Below are positions 43,396 to 56,684 of a stretch of 64,000 bases of DNA, piece after piece. Under the pieces are notes generated by a model that saw only the letters and a program-made list of their open reading frames with translations, was not told the origin of the DNA and searched no databases. The stretch comes from Caecitellus pseudoparvulus (lineage: Eukaryota; Protista; Bigyra: Bicosoecida): assembly GCA_965644315.1 (NCBI GenBank), contig CBFFRQ010000038.1:186001-250000 (forward strand), given 5' to 3'. Position numbers and translations under genes: made by a program. Position 1 is the first letter of the stretch. Every line of letters begins with the position of its first letter.

Positions 43396-45538
43396 TCAAG
43401 CAATGGTGACATCCCCAGCCTCGTCATCTGCTCCCCCGGCGCCACCCGCCCCCATCCCCATCCCAACTGCCTGCTGAGGCTGCTGGTAGAATGCCTGCGA
43501 CGCCATGTACTGCTGGTGCTGCTGAGTGGCCAGCAAGCGCTGCTGTTGCTCGGCGAAGATCTGGCTGTGCATGGCAGCAGCCTGCTGCTGCCACAACATG
43601 GCCTGCTGGTGGTCAAAGGCATACGCCCCTGCAGCAGCAGCTGTGGTCTGGGGCACAGTGGGAGCCACCGCTGGCACGGGGGCAGGGGCTGCCGCAGTGC
43701 TGTCGGAGGGCGCTCGGGGCTGAGCGGCGGCCGCCGCCTCCACCGCTGCCTTGGCCTTGATCATGTCTGAGGAGGGGCCAGCGAAGGAGAACCCCGCAAA
43801 CTGCTCAAAGGCTGCGCGCAGCGAGGAGTGCGACTGGGACTCCGGGGTGGCCAGGGGCAGGGAGGTGAACTCCTGGTCGAAGTGCGACGTGTCCATACTG
43901 TTGTGAAGGGGCGGACGCCAAGGCGGCGTCAGCTTCAACTGCAGCATGGCAGTCCAGTCCACACTCCTGAAGAAGGGGTGTGTCTTGATGTCGCTGGCGT
44001 CCCCCGAGCCGCACCCCAGCCTCGTCTTGGGGTCCCGGTCCAGCATGCGCAGCAGGAGGTCCTTCGCCTCGGGGCTCACGCCTGCCTCGGCTGGGAACTC
44101 CAGCGTCCCATGCCGGATCTTCTCGAACAGCTTGTTCCGATTCGAGTCGTAGAAGGGGGGCAGCCCCGTCAGCATCTCATACAGCAGTGCCCCCAGGCTC
44201 CACCAGTCCACGGCTCGGCCATGCCCTGACCGGTTCAGCACCTCCGGAGCAAGGTACTCTGGCGTGCCGCAGAAGCTCTTGGCGCCGCTATCAGTGGCGT
44301 GGATGTTCTCCTTGCTCAGCCCAAAGTCCGTGAGGCGCACATTGCCATTCTGATCCAGCAGCACATTTTCAGGCTTCAGGTCGCGGTAGATGACGTTCAG
44401 TGAGTGCAGGTGCTCCAGAGCCAGCGTGATTTGGGCGGCGTAGAACCGCGCGCGGCTCTCACTGAATCGATGCTCACGGCCCAAGTGGAAGAACAGCTCC
44501 CCGCCAGCGCAGTAGTCCAGCACGAAGTACAGCTTGCTGGGGGTTTGGAAGGCGAAGTTCAGGCCGACGATGAAGGGGTGCACGATACGCCCCAGCACGC
44601 TGCGCTCTGTACGTGTGTGCTCCACTTGCTTGCGCTTCACGATGTTCGCCTTGTTCAACACCTTCATCGCATACACCTGCCCTGAGTCGCGCTTCCGCAC
44701 CTGCATCACCTTCCCGAAGCTTCCCTTGCCCACCACCTTCAGCAGCACGAAGTCTGCCAGGCACGTCTTGCGAGACAAACCAGTCGCGGCGAGGGGGTCC
44801 GTGGAAGCCGCACTCATTGCACTGCTCGCACCCATGCCACCTGCACCAGCTGAAAGGTCCACGTCACCACTCACTCCACTTCCCACTCCACCTGCCTGAG
44901 GAACCGCTGGTGCCGCGGCAGTCGGGGTCATGCCAGAGTACGTGCCGATGACAGTGGCTGGTGGCACATTGGCTTGGGACCGGAGGAAGTCATGGAAGAC
45001 AGCATTCCGACACACGCGCTCATCCTTGGACAGCTGTGCAGAGGCACGGAAACGACTGTGAAACGCCAGGCATCACGCCACGCGACGAGCAACGCACTGC
45101 GCGGATCCAGTCCAAGAGCTCCAAACGCCTCCTCTCCAGCAAGTGCTGGGTAGTCTCCACATATTCCCGCGGCGGAAGCGGCGGCAGGCCACTGATGCTC
45201 TTCGCAAGCTGCACAATGGAAGGTCAACAGCGGGTGTGCACCCGCACAGCCTCCAGCGAATCCACCTGCCGCGCCGCACAGGCTTGCCACGCACCTCCTC
45301 GGCCAAATGGCGGAATGCACTGTACCTCCGGTACACTGTCCACACATATGCGTCCAGTCTGATCTTGATGATGAAGCTCTGCACCCAAGAAAGCGTGACA
45401 GGCACCACCGTGCGGCACCCCATGTTCCGCAAAACGCCTCCAACTTCGCCAAGCACTCACGATGTAGTCTCTTCCCTTCTCCCCTCGCACATGGCAGTAC
45501 CCCTCAATGTCAATGTACACTCCCCCTGCTGATGCCAT
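43396..45538 (-). CDS. PX-domain AGC kinase (SGK3/CISK-like architecture); multi-exon
   Basis: Spliced PX: WTVYRRYSAFRHL, LPPLPP, LERRRLELLDW, FHDFL. Kinase GKGSFGKV, YRDLKPEN, DFG, SFCGTPEYLAPE; hydrophobic motif FAGFSF; Gln-rich tail. Confidence 0.9.
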
Positions 45539-45949
45539 CGTCCTTCACCGCGAAATGCACCAGAAACGCTCTTCACACAGCAACCCTCGCACCGCAAGGT
45601 GGACTGCCCGAAGCTGAAGAGCACCGACGAGCGTGCTCCTTCACGAAACAAAGCAACCAGAGACCCCCCAAGCACTCAAGAAGCCCCGCACTGCTGAGTG
45701 GCAAGTGTCAGTCGATGGTGGACTGGCAAGTGTCGTGGGGATTTGTGGCTTGCCGCGTTATGAGTCCGCGCAGCGGCACCTCACACAGAGCCAACGCTGA
45801 GCAGCGCTACTCAAGCCCACACGCCAGTCCGACCACCACAACACGAGACCCGCAACCACAACAACCTCGAATTGGCCGGGCACACTGGTCGTGCCCCTGT
45901 CACTGGTCCGAACAAGCAAAGATCCCCTCAAGCCAGCCGCAGCCATCCA

Positions 45950-48500
45950 TCCAAGCGAGCGAAGGTTCATGACAACCAAAACCCCCTCCTCGCACAAGAC
46001 GCAGACGAATAGGACTGATACACTCCAGGGAGGAGTCACTTGACCCGATCTCCAAACGGCACGGTCTGGAACGTACGTCGCAACGACCTACCAAGGCAAC
46101 GTTGATCCGCAGGCACAAGGAAAACTGCTCAGGCTGCCCGGCAAACCAAGAACAACACCTTCTCACCATTATCTCCCACCTCAAAGCGTACCTCTCCGCC
46201 AAGCTGGCCCGACTAAACAAGAATTCTTGGGGAACAATTGCGGGAACACTCCACACCACATGGCCAAGGTTCAAATCGCAAGCAAGGTGTCCAACTTCGA
46301 AGCAATGTGCAGCGCGTGTCCAACATCGACCGCATGCATGGCCACTCTACCTATACTCTGCAGCAGCAATTGATGCAGACTAAATCCAGGTATGAGTCGA
46401 AGAAATGTGAAAGGACGCCGGAATCGCCGGTGTCTTGGGCATTCAATCCTAGAGTCGCAATGAATTGGAGCATTCCGGTCATGCAGAAAGCACTCAGAGA
46501 CCGATCGGTTCCAACATGCTTCCACATAAACAAAGAGCGTAGTCTGCTTTGCCCATAAGGCTCCATGCTTGAATTTGTTCCGTTATGAATATTGTGCAAA
46601 TGGTTCGCAGCATGGAACCTGTGCGAAGGACAACTCTCGTTTTAGTGTTCGGACCCTACAAAAACTGCTCAGGAAACTTTTCAGACCTATGAACGAATGA
46701 GAACACGTTCCGGCTGACGTGTTATGTACGGGCGATACTTTTCTCAAACCTGAAGCAATGACGTGTCCCACTTTATGTTTAGAATGCCGGTGAGAGAGTT
46801 GCATGAGAACCTGATCAAAAAGACATGATGGACGTTGATTACGAGGACCTCCACATGCATGTGGAGAAGAAGTAGCTTTTGTGGTTCAAGAGATGCAGAG
46901 CGCAAGATAGTGATTTAGTACATCACACTGTCGGCTTAAATATTATTGCAAGTGTGTCTGCTTGCACGCGATAGCACCAGTCTCAAGTAAAAACCAGACG
47001 TCCTCTGCAAACAACAAGCTTTCTTCATTGTCTGCATCGCAAACTGCATCATTGAAGGGTTGGGTTTCTCTGCCAAGTATGCTTTGCACAGTGTCTAGCG
47101 CCCAAGATTGCGAAGCTCTTGGCTTCAGTCTGAAAGTTGTGGCTGGAGTGTATTCGGCAAGCAAAATCAAACTTCTAAGATCTTTGTCATTTCCTGCCGT
47201 TCTTCATTGGAACCGGAAAATGTCGTGCTGTCCAGGTCTATCAGCTGTCCTTCTCAAGTCGAACGTCTTCTCTGTGGGTGTCAGAGTGTTTGGCTTGAAA
47301 GTGAGGCACGAATGACGATTCCAACCGTCCGTGGGTGGTATGATTGACAGCTCCTTATCAATCATTGGCTGTTTGAAATTGTCCGCGAAAACAATACAAA
47401 CTTGCATTCATAAGGCCCACGGTCCACACTCTCAGGATCGCAAACCTACGGTCGCCTGAAAGTCAGCCAACAGCAAATATTGGTTGCAAGGCCGGATTCG
47501 CCTACACCCCTTTCCTGTAGTGAGTGAATGCCTTTCACAACGAGTACATGAGACCAAATATTACACATGGTGTCTTGTCCACTCAGAGCGGTAGATTTAT
47601 CGCAACTCAATGACTTTGAGCCCCTCGGTTCGAATGTCCTTTCTGTTTCTGTTGCGTTGCATCTCAACGTAACGATGGTCGTCATGGTTCATAAGTCCTC
47701 AAATCCGAGTGAGCATGACAGATGCTGCTCTGAAACCAAACTCCTTAGTGACTTCATCAAAGTGCCAGTGTGGTTTCCTTGTGATGACATTATCCGAAGT
47801 ATTGATGTTGCAAACATTGAAGACGATCCCATTCTGTGTCTGGTTTGTTTGCGTGATGCGAAGCTGGAAGTAGGTGATCCTACTGTGAATATCACTTTGA
47901 CGGTGATTTTGAACACGGGCGTCATAGGAAAGTGTGGATGTCAGGATACGTGAAATCTCTCAGTCATTGAAGATTCTTTCCAAACGCACAAAGTAAATTG
48001 ACTGAGGGTTGATGGACTTTTCACTGGTCCGCAGCAATGCAAGGTTTGCCCTCCCCAGTTTGAATTGCTGCTCAGACCTTGCATGTTGTGCACATCTTCC
48101 TTTCACACCGAGTGCTTTTGGCCCGATAGCGATGTGAACAATGCGATGCTGTGGTAAGGTTAGGTGCAATGCAATGCATTGTCTTTCCTCCACATTCAGA
48201 ATCATTAATGCTCAGCCTCACTGAAAACATTCCGCCTTTGCTTCGTGCTTGTTTCTACTTTTTTGCATGATGCAATGCAGAGCGTGTGAGTTCGACGAGG
48301 GTCTCACTTCTGCAGATTGAGCTGGCATAGTCAATGATGCGTGGCGGAATCGAAGCTGTGCTTGCGATGTTCGGCACCTACTTCAATGAAGTTCTTAGTT
48401 TAGTGAAGAACCTGTTGTATCACGCGCAAAAAGTCCGAGCTTCCTCACGGTTTTCCTTTCGGGGGTTGTGTGTTGGTGAGATGAGGTACGGGTATGGACA
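45950..48500. pseudogene. Lower-GC island with a stop-interrupted reading frame; decayed gene or mobile-element relic
   Basis: Visibly more AT-rich than the flanks, with no long ORF. One codon-aligned frame pair (46943-48205) stays largely open with scattered stops. A PHD-like Cys/His pattern lies near 48038-48115 on +. Confidence 0.35.
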
Positions 48501-48732
48501 TAGGGATGGCCAGGCTGCGAGGGGATTGGTTTGTCTGTGTTGAAAGCACTTTATTTAAGCTTCTTGCCGTCGGCATGCCGTAAGACTGACTTGCTGTTGG
48601 TAGTGTGATGCTTTTTTGGAGGTTTGCACGCTCTTGCTTTTGAGGGGCTGTTCGGCTGAGTGGGTGATGGAAATTTGCATTGCATGGAAGGGGTCTCGGT
48701 GGGCAGCACGTTCAGAATGGTCACACAGTTGG

Positions 48733-49567
48733 CTAGAGGGCCACATCCAGGTGCCCACAATGTTGACAGGTGCAGTACAGTAGGAGTGGGCCATGTTGTG
48801 AAGGGATTTGCTGGAAAGTAGGCGCTCGTGGACACCCAGTGCTTGCGTGTGTCTCCACTGCTTCAGCTAGCCTGTCTTGCAAGTCAGCGATGCCTGTCCA
48901 CTCGTCTTCCAAGGGAAGGCTAAATGAGCACGGACACCACACGTGCAGGGACGAGGCCATGAGCCAGCGCTCACCACAACATGGACACAGGACCTCTGTG
49001 CGGGTTCCTTTGTAGCTGTGCGAGTCCTCCAGTGCGAATGCCAGGAGTTCTTCCCACTCTTCCTCGGTCAAGCCCTCAAGGAGCACCTGATCAAGGGAGA
49101 GCTCTTCGAGTGTTTCCGCGTCGTGGGTCGCTTGCTCTGCATCAGCCTCCTGCTCTGGGCTTGCGTCGGGTTCGTGCTCAGCATCTGCTTCCCATGGATT
49201 CTGCGCGTGGGTGGTTTGAAGGGGCCATCTGGGCGTGACACGCTTGCATGCGGGAGCTACGTCAAAGGCTGTGACCTTATGTGCTATCACATGCACGCAC
49301 AGTTGTCATGAGCTGTTTGAGGACGTCCATGCGCTGCATTCCCTCTCGGAGCTGTTTGCGGAAATCGAGCCTGCTGCGCCGCAAACGCTTGCGAACTTTC
49401 GAGATGACGCTTTGGTGCAGGGAATGGAGGGAGAGCTTAGGCTGGAGGACCCTTCGCTCTGCACCCGAGGAGCGTTGACTTGTCGCCGCCCCGGCAGCTG
49501 TCCAAGCGGTGTCATGCTCTCTGTGAGGTTGCGAGCTCTCCAGGCGAATGTCAGGGTCCTCTGCCAT
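48733..49567 (-). CDS. RPAIN: RPA-interacting protein (RPAIN/RIP)-like; 2 exons
   Basis: Basic N-terminal RKRLRRSRLDFRKQLR, acidic middle, C-terminal Zn motif LCPCC...CPCS...ETHASTGC...CTCQHC. Confidence 0.75.
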
Positions 49568-49640
49568 GGTCGGCGGAGCGGGTTCGGTCCCAGGGGCCTT
49601 GCACCATGGGATGGCACGGCAGCTTTCCTGTTGACAGGTT

Positions 49641-51090
49641 CTATTGGATTGTGCACGACTGAGACTGGCTGGCCCCGACGGCCACATGTTTCGGCGTCAC
49701 TGGCGACGCGCGCATGGTGTCGGTGGGCGTGTGTGTGCCGTAGTGCTCATCGTCGTGCGTCGGCGCCAGCAGCGCGGTGCTGGCTTGTGAGAGGAGCGGG
49801 GGGCCGTGGGACTTGAGCCCCACAGCGAAGTACGCTTCCACCGGTCGATGGTCGGACTGCTGCACTCGCATGAGGGCGCGGTATGCGAGGAGGCTGAGTT
49901 GCGGGCCCATGGGCGTGTACAAGATGCGGTCTGTCCAGGAGGGCACCCGTTGCTTCTTGCCTGTGTCGTAAGGCGGGCTGTCTGGCACTCCTGGTGGCGT
50001 GATGAGGGCTGTGGTGGGGTCGGGGGAGGTTCCATCCACTTTGCCTCCGGGCTTGTCGAACTTGTACGTGGGTGGGAAGCACAAGGGCCCCTCTGCAAAG
50101 CCAGGAAAGGCCAGGCCAGCCTTGCGCTGCTGGGTCAGTTGGTCTGCAGCCAGGCATGCAGCGTGGTTGGCTGAGGACAGCCATGCGTCGGCTTCCTGCC
50201 GTGAGCAGTCCAGCCTGTAGTTCAAGTCTCCGCACCACACCACCCTGTCGAAGCGTCGGGAGGCAAGCGAGTGGTGCTGCACAGGACTCAAGGCGGAGGG
50301 TGCAAGTTGCAGACCTGCATCAATGGTGGCCTGGTTGGCGTTGCGGTCGGCCACCTTTCTGTGGCCACTTGCGAGGTGACACGAGACGATGAGGATGCTG
50401 GTGCTGCCCACCCGCAGGCCGATGCCAACGCCCCCCTTGTTCCCAAGGGTGCCTCCCACCCCACACGCGATGGCATGGGTCTGGACGTGCCCCACGACAG
50501 GCAGCAGGTGTTTGTGCACGAGCACAGCATTGTGCGTGGCTGCTAAAGCGTGCCCAGACACGAGCACGTAGCCAGCGGAAGCGCTGTGCTTTTGCAGGTA
50601 GGCCTCCCACGCTGACTTATCAGGGTTTAAGGTGGAGGCTGAAATGTCTCCACATTCCTGTGTTGCAATGGCGATGATGTGCACTGTGCCGAGCGGCACG
50701 GCCTCCCACAAGGCGTCGTGCGACCCAGAGCCTTCCTCGGGTGGGCCTTCTCCGCCCATGTTCCACGTCATGGCCCACAGGCGGACTTGTCTTGAGCGCT
50801 GGATATCCTGCAGTTCACGCTCAGAGGTGCTGGCAAGGCTGCCGAGCCCGGCAGGAGGGAGGTGGTCCCAGGCAGCAGGCCATGTTGACCGTTGCGTTTC
50901 GCCAGCGTTGGCGTCTGCTTGGGGGAGTGGTGTCGCACGTCTGACAAGCCAGAGGCAGGGGGGGGTGCATGCATGTGATCACGAACCTGGAGATGGAAGC
51001 AGCGGGGCGGCTGATGCCGCTGGGTGAACCCGTGCAGCCATTCAGGGGAGGTTTGGCAACTTGGCTCTCCGAGTTACCTCGACATGCCAC
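49641..51090 (-). CDS. INPP5E: Inositol polyphosphate 5-phosphatase, INPP5E-like with a C-terminal CaaX; 5' end unresolved
   Basis: TWNM, ATQE, GNKGGV, SCHLASG, VVWCGDLNYRL, PPTYKFD, RVPSWTDRILY, SDHRPV; ends CTIQ*. The frame is open upstream to an acceptor at 50941. Confidence 0.8.
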
Positions 51091-51341
51091 AGCAGAAGGG
51101 GTGCAGCTCGGAACTTAGCCACTGCACCAGAGCACAGAGCTGCTCAAAACGCAATTCTGAAATGCCTGAGAGGCATACTTCATTTGCCTTTCATGGTGGA
51201 TTTGGCCAGAAGGCTAGGATTGCGTTTGGCTTGGAGCATTCTGCAGAGTGCTCACGAGCATCACCAGCCCCTGACTTGGTGCGCAGCAGGGCGCCCCTGG
51301 GGAGTGTCCAAGGCTGGTGGCCCCAAAGGAAATAGTGCATC

Positions 51342-54300
51342 ATGCCTAGCGGCGATGACGCCGCCGTGGGCGAGCAGGTGCCTTCACAGAAAGCCCGTCG
51401 GAGGGGCACAGTGGGGGTGTTGAGGTGCGCAAGGCGGCGCACACCGAGCGGCGGCCCACAGCGCGGCACCTGCTCTGCAAGCGCGTCGTACAGGAGTCAA
51501 GATAGCGAAGTGGAAGAAGAGTTCAAGCAACTGCTCATCAAGCTGCGGACGTCCTTCCAGAACCACAGGTGCGTGCATGCGAGGCACGCCTGTCGCACAG
51601 CGACAGCTCACAGCTTGGGTGGCCTTCATTGCGCAGAGTGTGGCAGATCGCCAGCGAGCGGGGGCTGCTGGACAAGGAGAATGCGTGCTCGCTGATTCAT
51701 CCAGATTCACAGTGGGTGCACTTGTGGGACGCCATGGTGCTCATGCTGGTGCTTTACGTGAGTTCGGAGCCTGTGGGGTGTGTGGCTTGATTGCCCTCGG
51801 CACCTGATCTCGCCCGCCCCCCTGCCATGCACAGAACGCCTTCGCGCTGCCCGTGGCTGTGGCATTTGAGCCCATACAGCCCCTTGCTTGGGTGGCCTTT
51901 GACTACGTCGTGGACGTCGTGTTTGTGCTGGACCTGATCAAGAATTTCCGCACTGCGTTTGTCAACTCAGAGAACGAGCTGGTCCAAGACACCCACGCCA
52001 TTGCCCAGCGGTACATCTGGTCGTGGTTCTTTGTGGACCTCCTCGCTTCCATCCCCTTCGAGCTGTTTGTCGCCATTGGCACGGGTGCCAGTCTGCTGGG
52101 CGGCCGCGGCGGTGGGAATGCCGAAGGCACGCTTCGCCTCATCTCAGCGCTCAAGTCCATCCGTCTGCTGCGTCTGGGGCGCTTTGCAAAAATCGCAGAC
52201 AAATGGCGGTTTGGGAACGTCTGGTCCATCCTTCGGCAGTACGTTGGCATCATCTTGCTGGCACACTGGCTTGCGTGTGGCTGGTTCATCGTCGTGTCTT
52301 CAAGCCCCGTGGATGAAGAGAGCTGGCTGTCGGCACAGGGCCTGGAATTTGCCAGCTCCGGAGACAAGTACATTGCCTGCATGCTGGCGGCAACGTTGAT
52401 GCTGTTCCGGACGCTGGGCAACCCGCCCATCGCCGTGAACGAGAAACTGTACTTGCTCATTGCGGTGCTGGTGGGGGCAGCAGTGCACGCCACCATCTTC
52501 GGGCAGGTGGCACACTTGGTGTCCGCCCTGTCCTCTCGTGAGTCCTCCTACCGCCAGCGCATGCGCCAGCTGTACGACCGCATGCGGTACTACGGCTTGC
52601 CGGAGTCGCTGCAGGAACGGGTGTCCATTTACTACGAGACGCTTTGGAAGCGACACCGCATCACAGACACACAGGACATGCTGTCCTTCACCAACTCCCT
52701 CTCGGAGCCCCTGCAGCTGGAGGTGAACTTGTTCCTGAACAGGGAGATGGTGCAGCGCGTGCCCATGTTCAAGCACTGCCACGCCTCTGTCATCGTGCAG
52801 GTGGTGCAATCCCTGGCCTCGCACTTCTTCATGCCTGGCGACTACGTCGTGCGGGCGGGAGAGATGGGCTCCCACATGTTCTTCATCCGGGCAGGCGTCT
52901 GCCAGGTCCTTGTGGCACGTGCCAAGACGCCTGAGCAGCTGGCGGCGGAGGCGGCGGCTGCCGAGGCGGAGGCGCTGGAGGCAGCGGCGGTGCGCACCCG
53001 CACCCCCCTCAAGCGGCTAGCAGACCGCCTGGCTTGCTGCACTGCCTGCCCATGCGTTCCAGCAGGCGGCCTGGGGGGTGTCTGGGGCACCACCCCGGCC
53101 GATGACGTGCGGGGCATGGAGCTGCCTGGCACGTCAAGCGGGGCCGCCTCCCCAACATCGTCGGCGGGGTCCCCGAACCCCCTCGTGAAGAGCGGTTCGG
53201 CGGGCGAGGCCGCGGAGAGCACAGCCTCGGACGGCATGCAGGTGCTGCCCAGCCTGAACTCCGACGAGGAGCTCATGGTGGTCAAGACGCTGGAGCCAGG
53301 GGACTTCTTCGGGGAGGTGTCCCTACTGTTCCGCGTGAAACGCACCGCCACCATATGCGCGGCGCGGTACAGCGACCTGGCTTCTCTGGATGCCGCCTCC
53401 TTCGAGCGCATTCTGGAAACCAACCCCGACTTCGCAGCCAAGCTGGAGGAGGGCTTCCAGCAGTACTTGTCCCTGTCGGGGGGAGGCGGCGGGGAGGACG
53501 GCGAGGAGGGGCCGGGGGATGCAGCCTCAGACACGGACAGCACAGAGACGCTGCAGTCCCCTGAGCTGGGCCCCAGCCGCTTCTCCCTGGGCGCTGCTGC
53601 GCCCCCGGCGCCAGACTCCGCTGGGCGCCAGAAGCGTACGTCCCACACGAGTGTGCGCAGCACCAGCATCATCCAGCGCAGCACCAGCAACATCGGGGGC
53701 AGTGCAGCGCTGGCCATTGCCAGCCAGTTGTTCGGGGGTGGCCCCCCTGTGCCCGTGAAGGAGCAGGGGCCTGCCCTGGCTCGCAGCTCTTCCGTACCAG
53801 GCGGGGAGGGGGACGTGGACAGCAAGGGAGCCCCTCGCAGCCACAGCACAGGGGCACGGCGAGGCACCGGTGGTGGGGGAGCTGGCCCGCCCCCCCCTCC
53901 CCCCGTCGACGGCAGCGCAGGGTCACCCAGCCGTCCCACGCCCCGCTCTCCAAGTCTCCCCCCTTCCACTGCCACGAGCCCCAGCGAGGAGGCCCGTGGC
54001 GAAGAAGGGACACCCGCCCCCCCCCCGAACGAGACCAGCGCCCTGCACCGCCAAGCCACCACGCGCAGCGCCTTCCCCTTCGACGAGGCAGCGGGGGAGG
54101 AGGAGGAGGAGGAAGGGGCAGGGGGTGGAGGCGCTCCCCCCCGCATCCAGGCCCGGCGCCACTCCCGCAGCGACGTGTCCGCGTCACCCCAGGTGTCCCC
54201 CACGCTCTCCCAAGCGGCCACAGATGCACAGCGGGCGGGCAGCAGCCTGTCCCGTTCCCCCTCGTACCGTGTGCGCCGTGAAGTGCAGGCGGCCATCGCA

Positions 54301-55347
54301 GCAGCGGACCCGGCCGACCTGTGGACCGCCAAGGTCACGCGGGCAGACCTGTCTGACGCAGTAGAAGGGCCGGATGCGCAGGCGCCCCCCCCGCGCTTGA
54401 CTGCCTCACGCTCCCTATCACTGACGCAGCCGCCTAGCCCGGCCAGAGGCCCACGGCCTCCCTTGACTGACGGGGGCCCAGGCAGCTCCGCTCGGCGTGG
54501 GGGCTCCCCTCGTAGCCCAGGGCGGTCCAGTGGTGGCGCCCTCTCAGTGACAGGGCGTGGCAAGCACAGCGGCCGCAGCAGCGTGCAGTTCCAGCGGGAG
54601 GGCGGCGGTGCGGCGGGTGGTTCCCCCGGGCAGCGGGGTTCCCTGCTGCAGTCCGCGTCAGGCAGCTTCATCGCAGACATCAAGGCACAAGCACGCAAGG
54701 AGCAGTCACGCCGCAAGTCAGTGGCGGACAGCATCAAGCGGCACAGCGGCATGGGGGGGGAGGGCGGCGGGCGCACTCCGTCCTCCACACGCCCTACCCC
54801 AGCCTCGCCTGTGCCCCGGGACGACGCTTCCACCACCTCCGCGCCAGGCAGAGGCGCCCCCCTGGCTGAAGACGCCTTTGCACAGGCAGTGGCCGCCAAG
54901 GTGACGGCTGCTGTGACCCGCACGGTCGGGGACATGCTGGCGGTGTGGAAGGCAGAGCAAGAGACGCGCCTGGCCGCTATGGCTGCCCAACTGCGGGCGC
55001 TGTCACAGGCCACCGGCGTGGAGGACAGCGAGGCAGTGGAGACGCCCGTTGTGTCCACGCCGGCTGAGGGCTTCCTGCCTGATGCAGGCGTCAAAGGGGA
55101 CGGCGGCGGCGGTACATCCCTCCTGGCGCAGCAGCTGCAGACGCTGCGGTGTGAGCAAGAGGACGCGCTGTCCAGTATGGCCCTGCGTCTGGACGCCTTT
55201 GCGACTGGGCTGCACGACCGGCTGGACCACCTGCACGTGGTGAGCGAGGATGTGGCGCAGGCTGTGGATGGGCTGTCGGGGGGCATGGAGGCAGGGCGCC
55301 GCCCCCGCCACGGTTCTGTCTTCAGCAAGTCTGCCGTTGTGGTGTGA
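51342..55347 (+). CDS. Cyclic-nucleotide-binding-domain ion channel (KCNH/HCN/CNG superfamily) with long disordered tail; multi-exon
   Basis: LIHPDS..HLWD (S1), DLIKNFRTAF, WFFVDLLASIPFE, S4 LKSIRLLRLGR, HWLACGWF, C-linker; CNBD FMPGDYVVRAGEMGSHMFFI...GDFFGEVSLL..RTAT. Confidence 0.9.
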
Positions 55348-55350
55348 TGG

Positions 55351-55360
55351 TAATGCATTG
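55351..55360. promoter_or_regulatory. TAATGCATTG between convergent channel and GFUS stops; candidate bidirectional 3'-end signal
   Basis: AATGCATT palindrome in a 38-bp intergenic gap. Confidence 0.45.
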
Positions 55361-55385
55361 CTGCGAGGCGGCGGGCCAGGCACTC

Positions 55386-56665
<1,280 letters not shown>

Positions 56666-56684
56666 TTAGCAGCGAGCGCCAGGC

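Noticed and set aside
17342-45933. Shared 12-mer ATCCCCTCAAGC between the two low-GC islands
   Set aside because: Many 12-mer matches are expected by chance in 64 kb, and the flanks do not align.
46102-46383. Possible tyrosine-recombinase (DIRS/Ngaro) N-terminal fragment HLKAYLSA
   Set aside because: Too short; no catalytic R-H-R-Y, RT or RNase H motifs nearby.
46943-48205. Alternative genetic code or organellar insert explaining the in-frame stops
   Set aside because: Both TGA and TAA interrupt the frame, and the read-through product resembles no organellar protein I recognise.
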